From Octopus bimaculoides (lineage: Eukaryota), in contig NC_068988.1 in assembly GCF_001194135.2 (NCBI RefSeq), forward strand, positions 90,487,106 through 90,524,853: a stretch of 37,748 nt of DNA, given 5' to 3'. Position 1 is the first letter of the stretch. Every line of letters begins with the position of its first letter. The notes under the pieces were generated by a model. That model searched no databases. It saw nothing but the letters and a program-made list of their open reading frames with translations, and was not told the origin of the DNA. A program made the position numbers and the translations under genes. This document shows, in pieces, positions 13,069-23,095 of the stretch.

Positions 13069-13600
13069 TTAACTGGTTGTTATATTAGTGTTGTTATTTC
13101 CGTTCAGAACAGGTTTGAGCATTTTACTAAAACATTTTTCTTTTATCTTTCTTCCAATATCACTTCTGTCATGTAATTCGTGGAAAGGAAAAATTAGAAA
13201 CATTTTCTGACCACATGTTTTTATATGTTCGCTCAATGGAATTTGGCGAATATTGGTGTTCCAAATTTGGTGTCTGTTGACTCGTGAGCGTGCGATAACA
13301 CATTCCCTGTCTCGCCAATATAAAGTTCCTCGCAATTAGGGCATTTAATGCAGTAGATCAAATTTCTGCTTTTGCAATTCATATCTGCATTTGTGAAAAT
13401 CTGTCCCTGTTTTGTTCTAATGGATCTTCCAGTATGCATGTAATGACACGTTCCACGTCTGTTATCATTACACTGAGATACTGTGAATGTCGTATTTTGT
13501 TTGTTCAGGTTGAATTTTGCCTTTCTTAATAGTTTCTTTGTTAATAGATTATGTCGTTGCCTTTTGCTTAAGATAAGTGTTTGATTAGTTTTTTTGTTAT
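13069..13600 (-). mobile_element. Penelope-like element (PLE): linker plus GIY-YIG endonuclease C-terminal region, one frameshift
   Basis: One frame reads LSKRQRHNLLTKKLLRKAKF...CNDNRRGTCHYMHTG...CKSRNLIYCIKCPNCEELYIGETG. After a shift near 13295 it reads RVNRHQIWNTNIRQIPLSEHIKTCG..FLIFPFH...RKIKEKCF...KPVLN. The N(L/V)IY...YIGETG motif with Cys/His spacing is typical of PLE endonucleases. Confidence 0.88.
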
Positions 13601-13772
13601 TCTTTTATTTGTTTCAATCATTTGACTGCTGCTATGCTTGGGCACCGCCTTTAATCGAATGGATCGACCCCAGGACTCGTTCTTTGTAAGCCTAGTACTT
13701 ATTCTATCGGTCACTTTTTGCCGAACCGCTAAGTTACAGGGACGTAAACACATCAACATCGGTTGCGAAGCA
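13601..13772 (-). mobile_element. SINE family B 3' module inserted at the PLE 5' break
   Basis: CATTTGACTGC...GCACCGCCTTTA...CTAGTACTTATTCTATCGGTC...GCCGAACCGCTAAGTTACAGGGACGTAAACAC matches 29680-29850. Confidence 0.85.
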
Positions 13773-14079
13773 GTTTTCTTCAAAGGAATGAGTCAGTCAT
13801 TTTACTACAGTTGTCAAGCACTAAACTCAACTGTCAGTTATTACATTTTGAAATCTAATGACTACTACGAACGTATGAAAGCTCTAATTGAACTTTATGA
13901 ACATCACAAAATATTTTTTAACGTTTAACATACTTCATCATTGAAAACATTTTTTTTTTTTTTTAATTACAATACAATAATAAAAAAACGTGAAAACCAG
14001 ACCATGTTGTAACTTTATTCAACTGATTGACCGCTAACTCCAAAGTTTTTCTATTCTCTTTCTGTTTATTTGTTCGTGT

Positions 14080-14125
14080 TCCTTTCTGTTGAAGAGCGTA
14101 AGCTCGAAACGTAAAGCACTTTCTC
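14080..14125 (+). ncRNA. Minimal type I hammerhead-ribozyme-like core in a PLE-type tail
   Basis: UUGAAGA (14089-14095, CUGANGA with C>U), short hairpin GC-GUAA-GC, GAAAC (14106-14110) and a palindromic ACGU ending in a GUA triplet. Stem I pairing is imperfect. Confidence 0.5.
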
Positions 14126-14310
14126 ACCTTCGCGAGCGTCAAACTAATACACCTGCTTGTAGGTCTTTTGTTTTTCTGTAATTTTCAACTATGTGTGCNN
14201 NNNNNNNNNNNNNNNNNNNNNNNNNNNNNNNNNNNNNNNNNNNNNNNNNNNNNNNNNNNNNNNNNNNNNNNNNNNNNNNNNNNNNNNNNNNNNNNNNNNN
14301 NNNNNNNNNN

Positions 14311-14373
<63 letters not shown>

Positions 14374-14490
14374 GTGTGTATACATTAATTAATGGAACGC
14401 AACGTACCATTGACTTTGTTTACAGTGAGTAATTTTATATATTCGTACGATTTTTATTCCTATCCCTTTTCTCCCTTCGTGCCTCTTTTT

Positions 14491-14535
<45 letters not shown>

Positions 14536-15164
14536 TTCCTCCCTGCCCACTGTGTCTATCTGAGCCTTCTTCTACTTTTCTCCTTCCTACTTTCTCTTTC
14601 TCCTTCATTTTCACGCCGACCGGTGAAACAACCGGTCGCATATTCTGTGGTCTCCTATTTCAACCTGTTTCGCTGTCTCTTGTGCTCTTGTTTCTAATGT
14701 TTTAGAATTTTCCAGTGAGGGTTATCCACATTTTCGTCTCTGTCGGGCCCTGAGGCTGTATTGTGTTTATTTATTTTGTCCTTGTCCTCTCGGCCGTTCA
14801 TTAATGGTCCAGTCTTGAATCACGTTTATTCATGTTCGTATGTCCACTTTTTTGCTACATGTCTATCCCTTTACTGTTTGTTCGTTCTTGTTATAGTTTG
14901 GTCCCATTTCTCAGCACCTCTTTTTTATTGCGGGTGCCAATAGAAAGGAACGATATTATCGTTAAAGGTGCGAAATTGCGTTTAATATTCTGGCCAATAA
15001 CTGGTGAGAAGTTGGTGACCTGTCTGTTTTCCGTTTGGTTGTGTATTTATTATATGTTGTTTTACCTTATTAATACAGCGCTACGTACCCTTGATTTATT
15101 TACAGTAAGTAATTTTATACACACAAACACACACACACACATATGTATGTATTATAATGATAGT

Positions 15165-15241
15165 TAGATAGATAGACAGACAGACAGTCACACAGACAGA
15201 CAGACAGTCACACAGACAGACAGACAGTCACACAGACAGAC

Positions 15242-15340
<99 letters not shown>

Positions 15341-15369
15341 CTGATTGATTGATTCATTCATTCATTGGG

Positions 15370-15414
<45 letters not shown>

Positions 15415-15455
15415 GATTGATTGATTGATTGACTGATTGATTGATTGATTGATTT
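15165..15455. repeat. Compound microsatellite (AGAC/AGAT/GATT/TCAT) with an embedded 20-bp x3 minisatellite
   Basis: Read directly. CAGACAGTCACACAGACAGA is repeated exactly three times at 15181-15240. Confidence 0.95.
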
Positions 15456-15529
15456 ATAAGCAGAGAGAGAGGCGGTGAGAGAATAAACGTGAGGTTGATA
15501 GCTAGACATGTACATAGATATTTATATTT

Positions 15530-15663
15530 ACATTTATTTATACATACATATATCCATACATGTATGTACAGGTGTGTGCATAAATGTGTGTCTGTGTGTT
15601 AGAGAGAGATGTACATACACGTGCATTTGTCATAAGTAAGCATTCATGTCTTACCCATATACA

Positions 15664-15712
<49 letters not shown>

Positions 15713-16362
15713 GCATATATGTATATAAATATATACAAACATACATACATGCATGCATTCACGCATACATACATACATGCATACATACATACATACATAC
15801 ATACATTCGTACATGCGTATATGTATGCGTGAATACACGTGTATGTGTGTGTTTGTTTAACGTGGTATACTTTTATTAAATCAATGATTTATGACAAAGT
15901 GGCAGGTTTTTCTCAAATCATAATTATAAAGTAGAGAACAACAACAAAAAAGAATGTTTTGTAATTTATTGAAGAAGATTGAAATCGAAGGTTATTATTA
16001 AAGCTTTCAAAACTGTAATTATGGAAGTGAATAGTTAGACAGATGATAACGACGACAGCAAGGAGGCTGCTTTATTTGTACACCAACTTTTCCTAATTGC
16101 ACACAAAATTCTTCACGTAATCATCCGTTTGCTGATTGAAATAAAACGGAACTTTACAGATGAAATTATAATTTCAGGCAGATTTCCAGTGATTATATAT
16201 ATATGCTGGGTGAATTGTTACGTCCGTTCGGCATGAAACTGAAAACGTACTGTTAAATACGTGTGTGTGTGTGTGTGTGTGTGTGTGCATGTGCTGTGTG
16301 TATGTGTGTCTGCGTGTGTGTATATGTATATGTAGGTATATATATATTATATTATATATATC

Positions 16363-16394
<32 letters not shown>

Positions 16395-17235
16395 CTTATA
16401 TGTATGTATATGTAATATACATCTAATGCTATATAGATATACATATGTATATATATGTGCATATATNNNNNNNNNNNNNNNNNNNNNNNNNNNNNNNNNN
16501 NNNNNNNNNNNNNNNNNNNNNNNNNNNNNNNNNNNNNNNNNNNNNNNNNNNNNNNNNNNNNNNNNNNNNNNNNNNNNNNNNNNNNNNNNNNNNNNNNNNN
16601 NNNNNNNNNNNNNNNNNNNNNNNNNNNNNNNNNNNNNNNNNNNNNNNNNNNNNNNNNNNNNNNNNNNNNNNNNNNNNNNNNNNNNNNNNNNNNNNNNNNN
16701 NNNNNNNNNNNNNNNNNNNNNNNNNNNNNNNNNNNNNNNNNNNNNNNNNNNNNNNNNNNNNNNNNNNNNNNNNNNNNNNNNNNNNNNNNNNNNNNNNNNN
16801 NNNNNNNNNNNNNNNNNNNNNNNNNNNNNNNNNNNNNNNNNNNNNNNNNNNNNNNNNNNNNNNNNNNNNNNNNNNNNNNNNNNNNNNNNNNNNNNNNNNN
16901 NNNNNNNNNNNNNNNNNNNNNNNNNNNNNNNNNNNNNNNNNNNNNNNNNNNNNNNNNNNNNNNNNNNNNNNNNNNNNNNNNNNNNNNNNNNNNNNNNNNN
17001 NNNNNNNNNNNNNNNNNNNNNNNNNNNNNNNNNNNNNNNNNNNNNNNNNNNNNNNNNNNNNNNNNNNNNNNNNNNNNNNNNNNNNNNNGAAAGGGCTGAT
17101 AGAAAGAAGGAAAGAATAAAAGAATAGAGTCGTACAAGATTTAGATAAATGTATACTTACATATATAAGAGACCAAAGTCTACGTACGCCGCTATATATA
17201 TATATATACAAAATGGGACAAGAACGCAAAACATC

Positions 17236-17284
<49 letters not shown>

Positions 17285-17490
17285 TTATTTATATATATGC
17301 TTATGTAATATATGAATATATATATATATATGCATATGTATATGCAAATGTATATGCATACATATACATGTATACACATATGTGTATATATATTTATATA
17401 TATGTTTGTGTGTGTGTGTGCGTGTAAGTGTGTGTGCGCGCGTGTGCGCGCGCGTGCGCGCGTGTGCGCGCGTGTGCGTGTGTGTGTGTT
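15530..17490. repeat. TA/CA/TG/GCGT microsatellite-rich block around an N gap
   Basis: Read directly. Includes (GCGCGT)-type repeats at 17435-17480. Confidence 0.85.
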
Positions 17491-17857
17491 TGCCCGCATA
17501 TTTTACAATTCATACCCTACCAACATAAATGCACTCGTGTGCAAATAAATTTACATAAGTCCACATGTACGTATAATAAAGATAAAGTTCAGTCTCGATA
17601 TCCAACCAGACGTCAAACTTAAAACGACATCGTTTTCTCCTTACAATTTTAGTTAATTAAGGCTTGTCGCCAACGAATGAATGGACAGCAATATTCATAA
17701 CTTGTATGTTTCTGTGTTTTTTTACGTTTTCTTTGTGTGTGTTTGTGTGTTTCTGTGTGTATGTGCGTGCGTGGGTGTGTGCATGTGTGTGTGTGTGTGT
17801 CTGAGTCTGTGTGTGTGTGAACTTGTACGTGTCTATGTGGTCCTTGGTCTTTAACCT

Positions 17858-17990
17858 GCATCTGATATTGTGGTCATCGTCCTGCGCTTCTAGGGTTTCG
17901 ATGGTTGTGAAACCTTCTCTTAGCCACAATACTTTCCAAGTCTACTGAGATCCGGAGTACTAGTGACTTTTATTGTTGTAACTTTGGGTT
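17858..17990. repeat. Family F repeat fragment
   Basis: Degenerate reverse-complement match to 10975-11110. Confidence 0.4.
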
Positions 17991-18009
17991 AATTGGCGTA
18001 TTGAGGCTT

Positions 18010-18248
18010 GTTCTTTCATATTTTTTACTGCCCACAAGGGGCTACGCACAGAGGGGACAGACAAAGACAGACAAACGGATTAAGTCGATTATGTCGACCC
18101 CAGTGCGTAACTGGTACTTATTTAATCGACCCCGAAAGACTGAAAAGCAAAGTCGACCTCGGCGGAATTTGAACTCAGAACGTAACGGCAGACGAAATAC
18201 CGTTAAGCATTTCGCCCGGTGTGCTAACGTTTCTGCCAGATCGCCGCT
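18010..18248 (-). mobile_element. SINE family A, well preserved, with a variant 3' tail
   Basis: AAAGTCGACCTCGGCGGAATTTGAACTCAGAACGTAA...GACGAAATACC...AAGCATTTCG is near-identical to 34220-34320, with CpGs retained. Confidence 0.92.
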
Positions 18249-19047
18249 TGTTCTTTCTATGCATATGAAGACTAGTTCCGGCGAACTGTCAAGAATAACC
18301 TTCGTGGTTCAACGCAGGGCAATGCTACAGCAGCAAGGCGTTGTAGAGCGCAGAAAGCAACATGAGGCAGGTAAGACATCTTAATTGTCCACTGCATCGC
18401 TCTCCATAACCAGTCAGTTTCGCCTGGTCTTGCCACTGGACTGAAGGTTGTCACCGTCAAGAGAATGCAGTTGACGTTGCGCAACTCTTCTTGACTTTAA
18501 AGAAATTCATCACGCGTCATTGGTCATCCCTAAGGATGTCTAGATGTCCTCGTCGTTCCGACGGTAAATTCATATACAGAGATTTATAGTAGTATAATAT
18601 ACAATCATAATTAAGGGCACAGATGTTTCTGTGCCTATATACTGAAGATAGATGCTAAATCCGTCCAACCAATCTAAATCATCACTCTATAATTTACACA
18701 TGTTGAAATCGAGGAATTAGACTGACAGAAATTCATAAAATAATTCAGATAGTTGTGGATTGACCAATTTCTGGATTAGTTTGATAACTTTTCCTTCATC
18801 AGCAAAACATATACATATACCTATATATATATAAATTAAAAACGTAAAAATAAAAACAGAACACAAAGGATTCCGCGGTACACGTGTTTCAAGCTTTATA
18901 GTCGTAGCATCATTATATTGGTATATAATTGATAGACAAGACGGTATAAAGCTATCTTCAGCCGCAAATATATTCTTTCCCAAGTATTATATCACAATTA
19001 CAATTATCAAGTATTACCTCCAACATTTACTTTATATATATATATGT

Positions 19048-19087
<40 letters not shown>

Positions 19088-19151
19088 ACAAATATATATC
19101 ATATATATCTGTATACGTATATACATATATACAGATAGATAGATAGATAGT

Positions 19152-19225
<74 letters not shown>

Positions 19226-19264
19226 TACAGACACAGAGCGAATGATTAATGATCTGTATGTGAC

Positions 19265-19325
19265 CTGATGGATCTCCGTGAGTTTCGACGATGAGTATCC
19301 AGTTGTTCGATCAGCTGAAATACCT
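19265..19325 (-). mobile_element. SINE family D 3' fragment
   Basis: CTCCGTGAGTTTCGACGATGAGTATCCAGTTGTTCGATCAG aligns to the reverse complement of 21850-21900. Confidence 0.55.
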
Positions 19326-19576
19326 TCTCATTGAATTAGTATCTAGTAGATGAGTATTCCGTTGCCATGGAATACTCTGGCAGAATCAGTGTAACACGGT
19401 GAATATGGGCCGATCCGAGGTTATGCAAAGTTACATTTACTCAATATGCCACGCAGTGATATTGAACGCAAGCCCCAGCCACTTCGCAGCGAACTTTTTA
19501 ACTTTTGTACCATACACACATATATGCATAAGTGTGCCTAAACGTATGCATGTTTTGTATGCATGCATGTCTATAG

Positions 19577-19657
<81 letters not shown>

Positions 19658-19830
19658 TGTGTATGGGTGTTTGTGCGCGTGTGTGCGTGTATGTATACAT
19701 TTATATGTTTGTGTGTATGAATTTGGTGCTCTTCTGTTATTCTCGCGTGTGAAGACGCGTGAACATTGGCTAAAACTATCATTAATACAGATATACACAG
19801 AAAAATATCCATGTGCATGCACATACGCGC

Positions 19831-19866
<36 letters not shown>

Positions 19867-20092
19867 ACACATTCACTAACAGATACCACACTGGTACCAC
19901 TCCACATACCACACAACCGCTACTAAACCGATACCAATACACTGAGACACATTCCACAGACACGTCAGACACCACCAGACAGCCAAATCAGATTATGGAG
20001 AAGAAAGCCTTTGATGCCAATATGATAAGCTAATATTCAATACATGGCGTCTCTATCTTGAATCTTTTCATTTGTTGAAACTGCTAATAAAC

Positions 20093-20106
20093 GCGCCATC
20101 TGGTGG
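20093..20106 (-). promoter_or_regulatory. CTCF-binding consensus match
   Basis: Minus strand CCACCAGATGGCGC fits CCASYAGRKGGCRS at every position, in otherwise AT-rich non-repeat sequence. Confidence 0.45.
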
Positions 20107-20522
20107 AAGAGATAGTGTTTGTACCTAAGGGAGAGCAAACTATATATTTCTTCTTTTATTACTGATTTATTTTTATCATCAACTATTTTATTTGATATTA
20201 TAACAACGTATAAATACCGCCTCAGAAAAATATAGATGAAAGAAAAATAATAACTAAACAAAACTTCCTCTAAGGTTTCATCTGTGATGTTGTTTAGCGA
20301 GATAGAGAGATAGGAGGAGGGGAAGAATATTAAGATCATATGATTGAGAAGATAGGAGAACGTCATGGGTAATTTTATTTTAATTTTGTAAATCTGGTTG
20401 TTAGAATGGATGAAATGATGCCAGGTTAACTAAAATGACCGATTATCCTAGTTCTTGTTATAGTTCTATATCTTATTACTAGTGCCTAGTCATCAATCAT
20501 ATATACAGGTGTGTGTGTGGGG

Positions 20523-20566
<44 letters not shown>

Positions 20567-20572
20567 ACTTTA

Positions 20573-20675
20573 CTTAAGGACCCAGGTTTTATCCTACCTT
20601 GAAAACAGAGGGATGCATTAGATTATGTAATAGTTCTAAATATGCAACACCTGTGAGAAGAAATGGATGGTATGG
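20573..20675 (+). mobile_element. Family E retroposon fragment
   Basis: GGACCCAGGTTTTATCCTACCTTGAAAACAGAGGGATGCATTAGATTA aligns with the reverse complement of 21013-21110. Confidence 0.75.
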
Positions 20676-20898
20676 TAAAAGTTGAAATACATTTCATAGT
20701 CATAGGTGTAATATGTAAAATTGTTGGTAAATGTAGATGTAGCTGAAAATACAGGCAGTAAATAATCTCAGCCTACGAAACTGTATATAAATATTATGTG
20801 TAGCTTTAGTTGTGGGTCAGAAAATATCCAGTAAGTATACGTTGAGACCTTCAAACTATAAGCGAGTACCACGAAGAAATATTACTTTCTCATATATA

Positions 20899-20900
20899 AG

Positions 20901-20967
<67 letters not shown>

Positions 20968-21211
20968 CTCCTAGGTCGGCCCTGACTGAATAGACTTATG
21001 GCCATCAGATATATTCCACCCATTCCGACTCACAGACATCGCATATCTAGAACTGTATAATCTAATGCGTCCTTCTTTTTTCAAGTTAGGATAAAATCCA
21101 GGTTCTAAGATATATTTCAGTATTTCTTGTAGAACTCTGGTAGAAATATTCCATCTGCATGGATTATTGCATTGCATTCCAATAGGTTCCATTTGAAGAT
21201 TGTCTGGTACG
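20899..21211 (-). mobile_element. Family E retroposon 3' end with (AAC)n tail
   Basis: A (GTT)n tract at 20899-20965 abuts the ...TCAGGGCCGACCTAGGAGTAAAC end. Related ends occur at 27235-27320 and 31250-31390. The 5' side runs into an N gap. Confidence 0.65.
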
Positions 21212-21585
21212 NNNNNNNNNNNNNNNNNNNNNNNNNNNNNNNNNNNNNNNNNNNNNNNNNNNNNNNNNNNNNNNNNNNNNNNNNNNNNNNNNNNNNNNNN
21301 NNNNNNNNNNNNNNNNNNNNNNNNNNNNNNNNNNNNNNNNNNNNNNNNNNNNNNNNNNNNNNNNNNNNNNNNNNNNNNNNNNNNNNNNNNNNNNNNNNNN
21401 NNNNNNNNNNNNNNNNNNNNNNNNNNNNNNNNNNNNNNNNNNNNNNNNNNNNNNNNNNNNNNNNNNNNNNNNNNNNNNNNNNNNNNNNNNNNNNNNNNNN
21501 NNNNNNNNNNNNNNNNNNNNNNNNNNNNNNNNNNNNNNNNNNNNNNNNNNNNNNNNNNNNNNNNNNNNNNNNNNNNNNNNNNNNN

Positions 21586-21910
21586 AGCGGACTCGCGGTC
21601 ATAGGATCGTGGTTTCGATTCCCAGTCCGGACGTTTTGAGTGTTTATTGAGCGAAAACACCTAAAGCTCCACGAGGCTCCGGCAGGGGATGGTGGCGACC
21701 CTGCTGTACTCTTTCACCACAACTTTCTCTCACTCTTTCTTCCTGTTTCTGTTGTACCTGTGTCACGCTGAATATCCCCGAGAACTACGTTAAGGGTACA
21801 CGTGTCTGTGGAGTGCTCAGCCACTTGCACGCTAATTTCACGAGCAGGCTGTTCCGTTGATCGGATCAACTGGAACCCTCGACGTCGTAAGCGACGGAGT
21901 GCCAACATAT
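21586..21910 (+). mobile_element. tRNA-head SINE family D
   Basis: B-box-like GGTTTCGATTCCC near 21612 and a GC-richer body ending GACGGAGTGCCAACA. Fragments recur at 19265 and 32745. The extreme 5' end lies in the gap. Confidence 0.75.
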
Positions 21911-21924
21911 TGTTGCTGACATAA

Positions 21925-23095
21925 CTTATCGAATGAATCAGTGAAATTCGTACGTGAGGAGTATGTCCTCGTACTGATTCTCCGACAAAGGTTGTCAAAA
22001 CCAACGATAGACCAATCAACGAGACGAGATTATATTTACTGCTGGCAGAATGGTTAGCTCGCCAGACAAAATATTTAGCGGAATTTCATTTGTCTTTACA
22101 TTCTGAGTTCAAATTCCGCTGAGATCGACTTTGCCTTTCATCCTTTCGAGACTAATAAAATAAGTACCAGTTGAGCGCTGGGGTCGATGTAATTGACTAG
22201 CCAACTCCCATAAATATTTTTGGCCATGTGTATATAATAGAAAGGATTATTATATCCACCATATTCTATGACAGAAAGGATTATTATATCCACCATATCC
22301 TTCAAGTTTGATATCTTAACACGCAATATTTCCTCGGAATTATACAATGCACTTTTGTGACATTGGGTTTAATTTTGAGACCTTCCATGTATCTTTGAAA
22401 CAGAACCACAACGGCTTATTTTGTACGACCATTTCTGATGCATTGTCAGTTGTTAACGAAGCTAATTTCCAATGGTCCAGACGCATGCCTGCAGTGCGTT
22501 GCTGCAGCACTTTAGAAATATCTATTCCAGCATAAGCACTTGGATATGTACCAGCTGGACAAACTCTTCAAAATGATAAATTTAGATATTTCTTGTATAC
22601 CTCTTGTAACTAGCAGAGCAACTGACATTTGAAAACAAATGTCGCTGTAGACATTCAATGTCCACATAGGCCATCAGACAAAGTTTTTATGAAATACCCG
22701 TTAGTGAAGATCATTTAAGTTTTCTGCCATCAATTTTTAAACAGTGTTAGTGAAAAAAATGTATGTTTTTATTATTTTATCTTTTGTTTTTGGAGTACCG
22801 AACTTTGTTTTACTAGGCTCTGTTTCAGTTTAGGAAATTCATCCTTCCTGTTTTGCTCGCTAAATTCATTAAATTTTGAATGATTTGCCTCATGGAATCA
22901 CTTCGTGTTGAACATTACAGCAATTACAGAAATGCTTCATTACATTAATTACATTACAGCAATGCTTTCACGGTAGGTATTATCAAAAGATTGAGTAAAA
23001 CGTACTTTTTGTTCACATAACTCATAAAATGTACAATTTTTGTCCTAAAAAGTTCCGTCTTCAGCATCGTTCTTCCTCCTACCTTTTGTTGACAT
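21925..23095 (-). mobile_element. Decayed hAT transposase (SPIN/GTF2IRD2-like), interrupted by a SINE
   Basis: Pieces by manual translation: MSTKGRRKNDAE (ATG at 23095); HEANHSKF..RKDEFPKLKQSL.KQ; LMAENLND; WKLASLTTDNA (first-half catalytic TD[G]A region); VHCII; EEILRVKISNLKDMVDIII. Beyond the SINE: AVNIISSR*LVYRWF..YEDIL. The order matches this hAT group. Many stops and frameshifts. Confidence 0.78.
22041..22252 (+). mobile_element. SINE family A inserted into the hAT remnant
   Basis: CTGGCAGAATGGTTAG...GAGTTCAAATTCCGCTGAGATCGACTTTGCCTTTCATCCTTTCG...ATAAGTACCAGTTGAGCGCTGGGGTCGAT...ATAATAGAAAGGATTATT. Confidence 0.9.

Larger units (their letters stand above)
12578..14013. repeat. Long inverted repeat, arms 12578-12800 and 13782-14013, flanking the PLE remnant
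   Basis: GTTACAACACGGTCTGGTTTTCACG (12578) is the reverse complement of CGTGAAAACCAGACCATGTTGTAAC (ends 14013) with one mismatch. Homology continues to CTGTAGTAAAATGACTGACT / AGTCAGTCATTTTACTACAG. The left arm is cut by an N gap. Confidence 0.9.

Noticed and set aside
14610-14640. GAAAC-containing hairpin as a hammerhead
   Set aside because: No CUGANGA box upstream.
15181-15240. Regular short repeats as a CRISPR array
   Set aside because: They are contiguous units with no unique spacers, in a eukaryotic context with no cas genes.
18001-18384. 127-aa ORF ending near a good donor CAG|GTAAGA (about 18370)
   Set aside because: The first two thirds are antisense SINE A. The remainder (TSSGELSRITF...) resembles nothing I know, has a poor acceptor and may be an unclassified repeat.
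18616-18635. 8-bp hairpin GGCACAGA-TGTT-TCTGTGCC as a Helitron end or terminator
   Set aside because: No CTRR at the expected distance on either strand, and rho-independent terminators are irrelevant in this eukaryotic context.
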